From: Pseudomonadota bacterium
Lineage (GTDB): Bacteria > Pseudomonadota > Gammaproteobacteria > Acidiferrobacterales > Acidiferrobacteraceae
DNA: 64,000 nucleotides
Direction: 5' to 3'
Assembly (NCBI GenBank): GCA_021794595.1
Contig: JAJYQN010000117.1
Location: forward strand, 1,977 to 65,976
Shown here: in pieces, positions 9,754 to 18,801 of the stretch
How positions within the stretch are numbered: position 1 is the first letter of the stretch
Layout: each line of letters starts with the position of its first letter
Program-made: the position numbers and the translations under genes
Notes under the pieces: generated by a model
What the model was told of the DNA's origin: nothing
The model's input: the letters and a program-made list of their open reading frames with translations, nothing else
The model's database searches: none

Positions 9754-10667
9754 ACCGTCCCCCAATGGGCCCGCGGATCGAAGGCCAGCTCGCGGGCCAT
9801 CTGGCGATAGAGGTCCTGGGCCCGTTCGGAATCGGCCCGGGGATTGATGATCTCTATCAGCACATACTGGTCGCCCGGATTCGATCCTCCCATGCCCCGC
9901 CCCTTCAGCCGCAACTTGTGGCCCGTTTGGGATCCTGGGGGTAAGCGGACCTCGACTGGCCCGCCGAGGGTGGGGACCTTGAGTTTGGCGCCAAGGGCCG
10001 CTTCCCATGGCGTGACGGGGACAGTGAGGTATAGGTCGCGGCCGTCTAGGCGATAGAGAGGGTGGGGCGCGATCTGGATCTCCAGATAGAGGTCGCCGGC
10101 CCCCGCCTGACCCATCCCTGGGTTCCCTTGCCCACTCAAACGAATCTGCTGACCGGCTTGAATACCCTTGGGGATGCGGACATTGAGGGTCCTGACCTCG
10201 TGTGTCAGCTGCCCGCGGCGATCGCGCTGCGGCACGGTCAGGCGGACAGCGCGGGTGGCGCCTTGGTAGGCCTCTTCAAGGGTGACGGTAAGCTGGGCGT
10301 ATTCGTCCTCACCGCGCATGGCCGCGCGGCCGCCGCGTCCCCCAAAAAGGCTCTCAAAAAAATCGCTGAATTGGGCCCCGTTAAAGGCCTGGCCGTGGGC
10401 GCCCCCGGACGTCTGCCACCCAGGCGGAGGCGTGAAGTCCTGTTCCGATTGCCACTGGCTCCCGAGCTGGTCATAGGCGGCACGCTTCTCGGGATCGCGC
10501 AGCACCTCATAGGCCTCGCCAAGCTCCTTAAACCGCTCCTCGGCGCCCTTTTCCTTACTGACATCAGGGTGATATTTACGCGCCAATCGCCGATAGGCGC
10601 GCTTGATGTCCTCCGTGCTGGCGGAGCGCTCGAGACCCATTGTGGCGTAATAGTCTTTGTATCGCAT
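9750..10667 (-). CDS. cbpA: curved DNA-binding protein CbpA (DnaJ-like co-chaperone)
   Basis: J-domain DYYATMGLERSAS..IKRAYRRLARKYHPD plus a DnaJ C-terminal domain. It lacks the Zn-finger region, as CbpA does. Confidence 0.9.
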   Translation of the reverse strand: MRYKDYYATMGLERSASTEDIKRAYRRLARKYHPDVSKEKGAEERFKELGEAYEVLRDPEKRAAYDQLGSQWQSEQDFTPPPGWQTSGGAHGQAFNGAQFSDFFESLFGGRGGRAAMRGEDEYAQLTVTLEEAYQGATRAVRLTVPQRDRRGQLTHEVRTLNVRIPKGIQAGQQIRLSGQGNPGMGQAGAGDLYLEIQIAPHPLYRLDGRDLYLTVPVTPWEAALGAKLKVPTLGGPVEVRLPPGSQTGHKLRLKGRGMGGSNPGDQYVLIEIINPRADSERAQDLYRQMARELAFDPRAHWGTV

Positions 10668-10707
10668 GGCCTAGTAACTGCGGGCAGAGGCCTCCGCATT
10701 CAAGTCC

Positions 10708-12114
10708 CTAGGCCTTTTTCCCTTGCGCTACGGCATTGCCCAAGTAGGTTAGGGGCGTGAGCGCGCGAAGCTCAGTCTTGACCGATTCGGGGAGCGCCAG
10801 GCGGTCGATGAAATTGGCCAGATCCTGGGCGCCGAGGGCCCGCCCGCGACTCAAGGCCTTCAAGTCCTCGTAGCCGCCGGCGAGCCCATAGCGGCGCATC
10901 ACGGTCTGCACGGCCTCGGTGAGCACTTCAATGTGGTCGTTTAGGTCGGCCTCAAGGCGGGCCTTGTCTATTTCGATCTTGGTCAAGCCGCGGGCGCATG
11001 AGCGATAGGCTAAAAGGGCATACGCAAAGGCGCTCCCGATGTTGCGCAAGACCGTCGAATCGCTGAGGTCGCGTTGAAAGCGGCTGATCGGAAGCTTCAT
11101 GGCCAGATGGTCCAGGAGGGCGTTGGCGAGCCCAAGATTGCCTTCGGCGTTCTCGAAATCGATCGGGTTCACTTTGTGCGGCATGGTCGAGGAACCGACC
11201 TCCCCGGCGCGGGTCTTTTGGCGAAAGTAGCCAAGTGAGATATAGCCCCACAGATCGCGGGTAAGATCGATCAGGACGTTATTCGCGCGCACCAGGGCAT
11301 GGCAGAGTTCGGCGAGGGCGTCATGGGATTCGATTTGGGTCGTGTGGGGATTTTGCGTGAGCTTGAGCCCCGCGAGGACCCGGCCGGATAGTTCCGGCCA
11401 GGCGACTTCGGGGTAAGCCACGTAATGGGCGTTGTAGTTACCGACCGCGCCGTTGATTTTGGCGAGGGGCGCGACCGCCCGGATCTGGTCTACGGTGCGC
11501 GAGAGCCGCGCGGCAAACACCCGTATTTCTTTGCCGACCGTGGTGGGCGAGGCTGGCTGCCCGTGGGTGCGGGCGAGCATCGCTTGGCTAGCGCCGTGCG
11601 TGGCCAACGCATCTAAGGACGTGACAAGGGTCTCGAGGGCCGGGATAAGGACCGTGTCCCGGCCTCTTTGAACCATGAGCGCGTAGGCAACGTTATTGAT
11701 GTCCTCGGACGTCAAGGCAAAATGCACGAATTCGGCCGCCGGCTTCAGGTCGGGAGAGCGTTCCATGTGACGCCGCAGGTAATATTCGACCGCCTTAACG
11801 TCATGATTGGTCGTAGCCTCTATGGCCTTGATCTCGGCACCCCCGGTTTCGTCGAAATCGGTCACCAGGGCCTCCAGACGGGCGCGGCTTTCGCGGCTAA
11901 AGGGGGGTAATTCCGGTATCGCGGGTTCGTCGCTCAGGGCGAGCAGCCAGGCGACCTCGGCCGTAAGGCGCGCTCGCATGAGGCCTTGCTCGCTAAAGAT
12001 GAGGGCAAGCTCGGTCAACTGCGCGGCGTAGCGGCCGTCTAATGGGGATAGGGCACCTAATTGCGTCACAACGATCTCTCCTCCCCGCGCCTTGGCGCGG
12101 ATATTCACTGTCAT
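10708..12114 (-). CDS. purB: adenylosuccinate lyase
   Basis: SPLDGRYAAQL near the N-terminus, the fumarate-lyase signature GSSTMPHKVNP, and a 468-aa ORF. The true start may be about 14 codons downstream. Confidence 0.95.
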   Translation of the reverse strand: MTVNIRAKARGGEIVVTQLGALSPLDGRYAAQLTELALIFSEQGLMRARLTAEVAWLLALSDEPAIPELPPFSRESRARLEALVTDFDETGGAEIKAIEATTNHDVKAVEYYLRRHMERSPDLKPAAEFVHFALTSEDINNVAYALMVQRGRDTVLIPALETLVTSLDALATHGASQAMLARTHGQPASPTTVGKEIRVFAARLSRTVDQIRAVAPLAKINGAVGNYNAHYVAYPEVAWPELSGRVLAGLKLTQNPHTTQIESHDALAELCHALVRANNVLIDLTRDLWGYISLGYFRQKTRAGEVGSSTMPHKVNPIDFENAEGNLGLANALLDHLAMKLPISRFQRDLSDSTVLRNIGSAFAYALLAYRSCARGLTKIEIDKARLEADLNDHIEVLTEAVQTVMRRYGLAGGYEDLKALSRGRALGAQDLANFIDRLALPESVKTELRALTPLTYLGNAVAQGKKA

Positions 12115-12129
12115 TATCCTGATGGGTCG

Positions 12130-12722
12130 ATGCTAAAACCCAAAGCCGCAGCGCTCGGTGAGCTCTTGGCCGCAGTCCGGTCCTGTCAGGCCAGCGAAGA
12201 CTTGCCCTAGGGACTGCACCCGGTGTTGCAAAACGATGCCCGTGCCCACTTACTTATCGTGGGTCAGGCCCCGGGGCGCATCGCGCACGACACGGGATCC
12301 CTGGGAACCACCGGAGCGGCGAGCGCTTGCGGGCCTGGCTCGGGGTCGACCGTGGCCTTTCCTACGGTCCGCTGGTGGCGCTGGTCCCTATGGGCTTTTG
12401 CTAGCTAGGCTCCCGCGCCCGCGGCGGTTTGCCGCCGCGCCCGGGCAGCACCCCGCTCTGGTTCACGCGCTTACGCCAAGTGATGCCGGAAATCCGCCTG
12501 ACGTGACTGGCCGGGCGCTATGGCCAACGGTACCACTTAGGCGAAGGCCTGCGCGAAACGCTCACAGAAAGGGTGCGCCCGTGGGCAGATTATGGCGCGT
12601 TTTGGCCTTTGCCGCACCTCTTGGGACGGAATAATCACCGGCGCAGGCGTAATCCCTGGGTTGAGGCCGAGGTGACGTCCCGCCTCAAAGACTGCGTGCA
12701 GCGGATCACCGATACGCCTTGA
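12130..12722 (+). pseudogene. uracil-DNA glycosylase superfamily gene, decayed (3 in-frame stops + 1 frameshift)
   Basis: Read by hand from ATG 12130: MLKPKAAALGELLAAVRSCQASEDLP*GLHPVLQNDARAHLLIVGQAPGRIAHDTG. A frameshift follows near 12297, then IPGNHRSGERLRAWLGVDRGLSYGPLVALVPMGFC*...PPRPGSTPLWF..MPEIRLT*LAGRYGQRYHLG...PLPHLLGRNN...*. The in-frame stops are TAG 12208, TAG 12402 and TGA 12504. GQAPG and a degenerate HPSPRN-like motif mark the UDG superfamily. Confidence 0.75.
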
Positions 12723-12874
12723 CCGCGGGTCCTGTCGTCCGCGTCACGATAGTCTCCCCCCTATTGGGAGACAGACGCTGCTGCTGTGGGCCTTGGCGAG
12801 GAGGCGCGGCGGGGCTCCCTGCGCGTGTGACGGCGCTCCTCATGCGCCATCGGCGTCGAATGCCTGACGTAGGA

Positions 12875-13951
12875 CTAGGGGCCCTCGTTCTCGTCGCGAA
12901 TCACAGCGCCCCCTAGGCAGACGGGGCCTTCGTAGAACACCGCGGACTGGCCAGGCGTTATCGCCCGCTGCGGGCTATGAAAGCGGAGGCGCAAGCCGTT
13001 TTTCACGTCCTCCTCCACGCGGACCGGCTGTGCCTCCTGCCGGTAGCGAATCTTGGCGTGCCCCTGCCAGGGAAGGGGTGGGGGCGCCCCGAGCCACTGG
13101 GGAGCGGTGGTTTCACACTCTTTGCGGTAGAGAAAGGGGTGTTCGGCCCCTTGGACCACAATGAGGGCGTTATCGGCCCGGCGTTTCTGGGCCACGTACC
13201 AAGCCCCGCCGGGGCCGCCTATGCCGAGCCCCTGGCGTTGGCCGATGGTATAGAACATAAGCCCCTCGTGACGGCCCTTGAGGACCCCATCGGGCGTGTA
13301 GATCGGGCCGGGTTCACCTTTCAGGTAACGTTCGAGAAAGGGTTTAAAATGGTGTTCGCCAATAAAACAAATGCCGCTGCTGCCTTTACGGTCGGAGTTA
13401 CCAAGACCCAGAGACCGGGCCTTTGCGCGCACCTCCGCTTTGCAAAAGACGCCAATCGGAAACAGTGCGTACGGGAGAATATGGGGGTCTATGGTGTGCA
13501 GGAAATAGCTCTGGTCCTTGTCGGGGTCGCGGCCCGTGAGCAGCCGATGCTGCCCGTCGGTGATCGCCACCTGGGCGTAGTGGCCAGTCGCCATGAGGTC
13601 CGCGCCGAGGGCGCGGGCGTGATGCCAAAAGACGTCGAATTTGATCTCTCTATTACACAGGACATCAGGGTTGGGCGTGAGTCCGGCCGCACAATCGGCC
13701 AGAAAGCGCTCGAAGACGCGCGTGCGGTAGTCAGCGGAAAAGTTGGCGGCGTGGAGTGGGATCTCGAGGAGTTCGGCTACCGCGCGCGCCGATTCATAAT
13801 CCACGGCCGATGGGCAAAAGGTCGGCGTATCGAAGTCCTCCCAATTCTTCATGAAAAGGCCCGAGACCCGGTAACCTTGTTCTTGGAGAAGGGCCGCGGC
13901 GACTGCTGAATCGACCCCGCCCGAGAGCGCGACTACAACATGGGCTTTCAT
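12875..13951 (-). CDS. mnmA: tRNA 2-thiouridine(34) synthase
   Basis: PP-loop [13 protein letters not shown]. Full-length MnmA-like at 358 aa. The start overlaps the stop of the upstream NUDIX gene as ATGA. Confidence 0.95.
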   Translation of the reverse strand: MKAHVVVALSGGVDSAVAAALLQEQGYRVSGLFMKNWEDFDTPTFCPSAVDYESARAVAELLEIPLHAANFSADYRTRVFERFLADCAAGLTPNPDVLCNREIKFDVFWHHARALGADLMATGHYAQVAITDGQHRLLTGRDPDKDQSYFLHTIDPHILPYALFPIGVFCKAEVRAKARSLGLGNSDRKGSSGICFIGEHHFKPFLERYLKGEPGPIYTPDGVLKGRHEGLMFYTIGQRQGLGIGGPGGAWYVAQKRRADNALIVVQGAEHPFLYRKECETTAPQWLGAPPPLPWQGHAKIRYRQEAQPVRVEEDVKNGLRLRFHSPQRAITPGQSAVFYEGPVCLGGAVIRDENEGP

Positions 13952-14391
13952 AGCGGATAAGTCACAAGCTCCAGGGGGTAGGAGTGCCCGTCACGATAGT
14001 CCTCCAGGGCCCGCATCACCTGCGGACCGCGATGCTCATTGCGGCGTTGCCAAAGTTCCGACCAGGAGAGCCACAAGGCGCGCCGGATGCCGGTATCGAG
14101 CGGTTGGTCCGGGTGGTGTTCTGTGACCTCGCCCCGGAAGGCAAAGCGCAGATAGGCCACTCCCGAGGTGCTCGTGTAGTGATAGACCCCGAGCAGGGCG
14201 CTCGGAACGAAGACAAAGGCCGTCTCTTCGTAGGTCTCGCGGACCACCGCTTGGAGCAGTGACTCATTAGCCTCCAGGTGACCGGCCGGTTGGTTAAGGA
14301 CAATCTGCCCGCACACCTCCTCTTCGACACACAGAAAACGTCCTTCGCGCTCCACGACCGCGGCCACCGTCACATGAATATCAAGAGCCAT
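13948..14391 (-). CDS. NUDIX hydrolase (NudJ-like by position)
   Basis: Nudix box GHLEANESLLQAVVRETYEETA. I chose ATG 14391 (MALDIHV...), giving 147 aa. The longer track ORF overlaps rluE. Confidence 0.85.
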   Translation of the reverse strand: MALDIHVTVAAVVEREGRFLCVEEEVCGQIVLNQPAGHLEANESLLQAVVRETYEETAFVFVPSALLGVYHYTSTSGVAYLRFAFRGEVTEHHPDQPLDTGIRRALWLSWSELWQRRNEHRGPQVMRALEDYRDGHSYPLELVTYPL

Positions 14392-14393
14392 CC

Positions 14394-14933
14394 TTAGGCC
14401 TCCGTTTCGCGCCATTCCCCACTGGGAAGCGCATCGATTGTATGGGCGCCCACGCGATAGCGGACGAGGCGCAAGGTGGGATGACCCACCGCAGCCGTCA
14501 TGCGCCGCACTTGGCGATTGCGTCCCTCGCGTAGGGTGATCGCGATCCAACTCGTCTTTAGGGTAAGCCGCACACGGATCGGCGGGGTGCGTGGCCATAA
14601 GGGCGGTTCGGCCAGCGGCAGGACCTCGGCCGGTCGGGTGCGGACGCCATCCAAGATGACGCCGCGCGCGAGTTTGGTGAGGGCCTCGGTATCGGGTACG
14701 CCTTCGACTTGCGCCCAGTAGACCTTGGGCCAACCGCGCCCCGGGCGGGTGATGTCGGCTCCGAGCCGGCCGGAGTCGGTGAGCAGGAGGAGACCTTCGG
14801 AATCCAGGTCGAGTCGGCCCGCCGGGTAGACGTGAGGAACATCGATGAAGTCCTTAAGGGTCGGCCGCCCGTGGCGATCCGTGAATTGCGTGAGTACTCC
14901 GTAAGGCTTGTTAAAAAGAATCAACCGCGCCAT
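14394..14933 (-). CDS. rluE: 23S rRNA pseudouridine(2457) synthase RluE
   Basis: No S4 domain. LILFNKPYGVLTQF, GRLDLDSEGLLLLT and GRNRQVRRM are present. It is divergent from icd, as in E. coli. Confidence 0.87.
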   Translation of the reverse strand: MARLILFNKPYGVLTQFTDRHGRPTLKDFIDVPHVYPAGRLDLDSEGLLLLTDSGRLGADITRPGRGWPKVYWAQVEGVPDTEALTKLARGVILDGVRTRPAEVLPLAEPPLWPRTPPIRVRLTLKTSWIAITLREGRNRQVRRMTAAVGHPTLRLVRYRVGAHTIDALPSGEWRETEA

Positions 14934-15016
14934 GTCCTGCTCGCTTTCCGTCCGCTACAATCGGATCCTTAGAGCATTATATAGTGTAGGCTGGGTTGGA
15001 CCTAAACGAGGAACGC

Positions 15017-16258
15017 ATGGCAAAGACAAGCAAGGGGATAGGCGAGAAGATTACGGTCGGTCAGGACTCGGTCTTGCAGGTGCCTGATCACCCCATTATT
15101 CCCTTCATTGAAGGCGATGGCATCGGTGTCGACATCACGCCAGTCATGAAGCGCGTGGTCGATGCGGCCGTGGCGCGGGCCTACGGTCCAAAGCGTAGTG
15201 TCGTGTGGCGAGAGATTTATGCCGGAGAGAAGGCGCATCAGCGCACCGGCCACTATTTGCCAAAAGAGACCCTGGCGGACATTGCCGACTACGTGGTGTC
15301 GATCAAGGGACCTTTGACCACCCCGGTCGGAGGAGGGTTGCGATCTCTGAACGTGAGTTTGCGCCAAGAGCTGGACTTGTATGTGTGTTTGCGGCCGGTA
15401 CGGTATTTCGCGGGGGTTCCGAGCCCCTTGAAGGAGCCGGAGAAGACCGACATGGTGATCTTTCGGGAGAACTCCGAGGACATCTACGCCGGCATAGAAT
15501 GGCCCGCGGAATCCGCCGAGGCTCAGCAACTCATTCAATTTTTGACCGGCACCTTGGGCGTGCGCTCCATTCGCTTTCCGAAGACCTCGGGCGTGGGCAT
15601 AAAACCGGTGTCTCGAGAAGGGACCGAACGCCTCGTACGCAAGGCCTTCCTGTATGCGATCAAGCACAAGCGCCCATCGGTGACGCTCGTACACAAGGGC
15701 AATATCATGAAGTTCACCGAAGGCGCGTTCCGCCAGTGGGGCATGGACTTGGCGCGCCGCGAGTTCGGGGCCACGGAGCAAGACGGTCGTCTGGTGATCC
15801 CCGGTCCTGACGGCGCCTCGGTGGTTGTGAAGGACGTGATCGCCGATGCCTTCTTGCAGCAGATCCTGCTGCGCCCGGAGGACTACAGCGTGATCGCGAC
15901 TTTGAACCTCAACGGCGACTACATCTCGGATGCCCTCGCGGCTCAGGTCGGTGGCATCGGCATGGCGCCCGGGGCCAATCTGTCCGACAGCGTGGCCATG
16001 TTTGAGGCCACCCATGGGACTGCCCCCCGGTATGCTGGGCAAGACAAGGTCAACCCCTCGTCTCTTATCTTGTCGGCCGAGATGATGTTGCGGCACATGG
16101 GTTGGGCTGAGGCCGCCGATCTCATCGTGCACGGTTTGGGCGCGGCCTTACGGAAGGGTCAAGTGACCTATGATCTGGCGCGACTTATGCCGGGCGCCAC
16201 TGAACTCAGCTGTTCGGGCTTCGGGGAGGCTATTGTTAGTGCCATGGGAGCGGACTAA
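15017..16258 (+). CDS. icd: NADP-dependent isocitrate dehydrogenase
   Basis: [23 protein letters not shown] and NLNGDYISD are Icd signatures. ATG 15017 is preceded by GAGGA. The TTG at 14996 was rejected as the start. Confidence 0.95.
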   Translation: MAKTSKGIGEKITVGQDSVLQVPDHPIIPFIEGDGIGVDITPVMKRVVDAAVARAYGPKRSVVWREIYAGEKAHQRTGHYLPKETLADIADYVVSIKGPLTTPVGGGLRSLNVSLRQELDLYVCLRPVRYFAGVPSPLKEPEKTDMVIFRENSEDIYAGIEWPAESAEAQQLIQFLTGTLGVRSIRFPKTSGVGIKPVSREGTERLVRKAFLYAIKHKRPSVTLVHKGNIMKFTEGAFRQWGMDLARREFGATEQDGRLVIPGPDGASVVVKDVIADAFLQQILLRPEDYSVIATLNLNGDYISDALAAQVGGIGMAPGANLSDSVAMFEATHGTAPRYAGQDKVNPSSLILSAEMMLRHMGWAEAADLIVHGLGAALRKGQVTYDLARLMPGATELSCSGFGEAIVSAMGAD

Positions 16259-16312
16259 AGGGCCGGAGCGGAGTTATAGATTGGTCCGGTTCCCGGGTGA
16301 CGAGAAGGGGGA

Positions 16313-17743
16313 GTGCGCGGAGTGGTGATCGGAAGGGCTCGGCGGCCGTGGTCACAGCTGGCTGCGGCCGTGAAGGGAATGGTCGTTATCGTGGCCGGCC
16401 TCCTGCTGGCGGCGTGCGCGACCTACACGGCCCGTCCCTTGAGTCGTGAGGCCGTAGCGACCGCCCTGGCGCCGCGGCGCGCCACGCCGTATTGGGCGGC
16501 GCGCGCCCATCTCCTCCTTCCGCGGCTGCCCGTTTTGACTATCCATAAGGGTGAGGGGCTTACGCCGGATCTTGCGGCGGTCGTGGCGGTGGTGGCCGAC
16601 CCGAGGCTTCGGGCATTACGTGCCCGCGAGGCGGTGGCGGGGGCGGAGCTTTTGAGTGCCGGCCTGTTGCCGAACCCGCGTTTTTCCTATGGAATCGGAG
16701 TGCCTATAAGCGGTGCCGGGCTCAGTAAGGCGTTTCGAGTCGGGTTGGGGCTCTCGATTCGCTCGCTTGTCACCCGCAAGGCCCGCCTAAGGGCCGCCCG
16801 CTATCATTCCCAGGCTGTTGGTCTCATGGTCGCGTGGCAGGAGTGGCAGGTCGCGGCGCGGGCCAAGGCCCTGGTCTACGAACTCTTGGTCGGCCGCCGC
16901 GAAAAGCGTTTGTTGACGCGCGAGGTGCGGGCCTTGCGGCGCAGCGTTGAATTGCTCTCGGATGCCGAGGCCGCAGGCTACGCCACCATCGGTGTGGCGG
17001 GCGCGGCCCGGCTTACGCTTCGCGAGACGGAAATGGCGCGGCTCGCGATTCGCCGGAACTGTGCGCTCAAGGGTCTGCAGCTACGAGCCCTGCTTGGGGT
17101 CAGCGCCCGCTCGCCCTTGTTTTTGCAGCGCGGCTCGATTGCAGGGCGCTTTGTCAAACCCGTGCCGCCGGCCTTATGGCTAACAGGCCTTGCCCATCGG
17201 CGCCTTGATTTGGTGGCGCTGCGACGCGGTTACCAGAGTCAAGACGCGGCACTGCGGGCGGCCATCGCCGGCCAGTTCCCGGCCATCACCATCGGCATTG
17301 ACCGCGCGCGCGATACCAGCGACATCAATACCCTGGGGGGTGGAGTCAGTGTCAGTCTGCCGATCTTCAACCATAACCAGGGGCGGATCGCGGTGGCTCG
17401 GGCCACCCGTCGCCTGCTATTTCGAACCTATGTAGCACGGCTGTATGCGGCCCGCACCGAGATTCACCACCTACTTATGGCCATGTACTACCAGCGCCTC
17501 GAGATCCGTGGGGTCCGGTCGTCGGTACGCGCGCTGACCCATCTTGAGGCTGTGTATCACCAAGCGCTCGCGCGGGATCGAATCGCAGCACTCACCTATT
17601 ACCAGCTGCTCGGTCGCGCGATGGCCGAGCGGCTCTTGCTTCTTAAGGATGAGGCCCGTCTCGCCCAGCTCGGGGTTGCCCTGGAGGCGGCCAGCGGGCG
17701 CTTTGACTGGCCGAAGGCGGCGAAGAAGGGGGCGGTGACATGA
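16313..17743 (+). CDS. TolC-family outer membrane efflux lipoprotein (CzcC/CusC-like)
   Basis: Lipobox LLLAAC and two OEP-type repeats. It is the first gene of an OMF-MFP-RND operon. The real start is possibly GTG 16370. Confidence 0.85.
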   Translation: MRGVVIGRARRPWSQLAAAVKGMVVIVAGLLLAACATYTARPLSREAVATALAPRRATPYWAARAHLLLPRLPVLTIHKGEGLTPDLAAVVAVVADPRLRALRAREAVAGAELLSAGLLPNPRFSYGIGVPISGAGLSKAFRVGLGLSIRSLVTRKARLRAARYHSQAVGLMVAWQEWQVAARAKALVYELLVGRREKRLLTREVRALRRSVELLSDAEAAGYATIGVAGAARLTLRETEMARLAIRRNCALKGLQLRALLGVSARSPLFLQRGSIAGRFVKPVPPALWLTGLAHRRLDLVALRRGYQSQDAALRAAIAGQFPAITIGIDRARDTSDINTLGGGVSVSLPIFNHNQGRIAVARATRRLLFRTYVARLYAARTEIHHLLMAMYYQRLEIRGVRSSVRALTHLEAVYHQALARDRIAALTYYQLLGRAMAERLLLLKDEARLAQLGVALEAASGRFDWPKAAKKGAVT

Positions 17744-18801
17744 GGCTCCGGCGCGGGATAGGGTTCGCGATCGTGCTCATGGCTCTGATGATTGCGTGGC
17801 GAGCCTCCCACTCGGAATCGGCGGCGCGCCGGGCGCTGGTCGTGGCACCCACGGCCACTGTGGAGGTGGCGCCGATTCGCAAGGCTCCGATCGTTAATCG
17901 CTTAGTGGCCTACGGACGTGTGGTCGCCGCCCCGTGGGCCGTCCATACCCTGGTCCAACCCTTCGAGGTGTCGGTCTCCCAGGTGTTCGTGAACCGAGGG
18001 CAGAGTATTGCCCGGGGGGCTGTGTTGCTGGCGCTCACGCCGGGGCCAAAAGCCCGTTTGGCCCTGCTGGAGGCGCGTAATCGGCTGCGCCTGGCGAGTC
18101 TCGCGCTCAAGGAAGAGCGTATTCGCATGCGGCTGCGTCTCGCCACGCGTACCGGGCTATTGCGGGCCGAGAGGGCCTTCGATGATGCCGCGTTGCGGGT
18201 GCGCGTGTTCCACGAGGAGGGATTGCAGTCCGCGCTGAAGATCAAGGCCCCGGTGGGTGGGGTGGTGCAGCATATCTTTGTTCAGGAAGGGACGACCGTC
18301 GAGCCCGGTCACCCTCTCATCGACATCGTGGCCGGCGATCGCCTGGAGGTGCGTCTTGGGGTCGAGCCCGAAGATGTGCCAAGTATTCGGGTCGGCGAGA
18401 GTGTGCGACTGTCGTCCTTCGAGGGGCCGAACCAGGCCCATGTCCACGGGCTTGTGTCCGTGATCTCGCGGGTCATGGACCCGGCCACCCATATGATCAA
18501 TGTGTTCGCGACCTTGCCCGCCCATAACCCTTATTTGCTTGGCGAATACGTCGAGGGACGCTTTACGGTCGTGTCGCCGCTCGGTTTGGTCGTGGCGCGC
18601 TCGGCGGTGGTGCCGGCTGGCCACCATTATGTCCTGTACACGGTCGCGGACGGCCACGCGCAGATCCATAAGGTGCGTCTCGGGGCGCGTAATGGACGCT
18701 TCGTCCAGGTGATCGATCCCCACCTTACGCCCGGGATGGAGGCGGTCGTCCTTGGCAATTACGAGTTGAAACCGGGGATGCCGGTGCGTTTGAGTCGATG
18801 A
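17740..18801 (+). CDS. efflux RND periplasmic adaptor (membrane fusion protein)
   Basis: Barrel-sandwich, lipoyl and alpha-hairpin pattern (APVGGVVQHIFVQEGTTVEPGHPLIDI). ATGA overlaps with both neighbouring genes. Confidence 0.85.
   Translation: MRLRRGIGFAIVLMALMIAWRASHSESAARRALVVAPTATVEVAPIRKAPIVNRLVAYGRVVAAPWAVHTLVQPFEVSVSQVFVNRGQSIARGAVLLALTPGPKARLALLEARNRLRLASLALKEERIRMRLRLATRTGLLRAERAFDDAALRVRVFHEEGLQSALKIKAPVGGVVQHIFVQEGTTVEPGHPLIDIVAGDRLEVRLGVEPEDVPSIRVGESVRLSSFEGPNQAHVHGLVSVISRVMDPATHMINVFATLPAHNPYLLGEYVEGRFTVVSPLGLVVARSAVVPAGHHYVLYTVADGHAQIHKVRLGARNGRFVQVIDPHLTPGMEAVVLGNYELKPGMPVRLSR

Noticed and set aside
9754-10008. Upstream extension of the cbpM ORF (197-aa version)
   Set aside because: It overlaps the cbpA C-terminal domain in another frame and has Gly/Pro/Arg-rich composition. 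At 112 aa from GTG 9753, CbpM has the size expected for the family.
12158-12634. 158-aa ORF (plus strand), and the 61-aa ORF 12223..12408, as real genes
   Set aside because: Both are partial or out-of-frame readings of the decayed UDG-family pseudogene. The 158-aa product is Arg/Pro/Ala-rich nonsense except where it crosses the true frame.
14392-14733. Upstream extension of the NUDIX ORF (261-aa version)
   Set aside because: It overlaps rluE. The Nudix homology begins at MALDIHV (ATG 14391), just after the rluE stop.
15002-16132. 376-aa minus-strand ORF antisense to icd. The same applies to 4405..5172, 10062..10760, 12977..13909, 19772..20275, 59403..60184 and 61078..61968.
   Set aside because: These are shadow ORFs opposite strongly supported genes in high-GC DNA. 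Their products are Arg/Gly/Pro/His-rich and match no family motifs.
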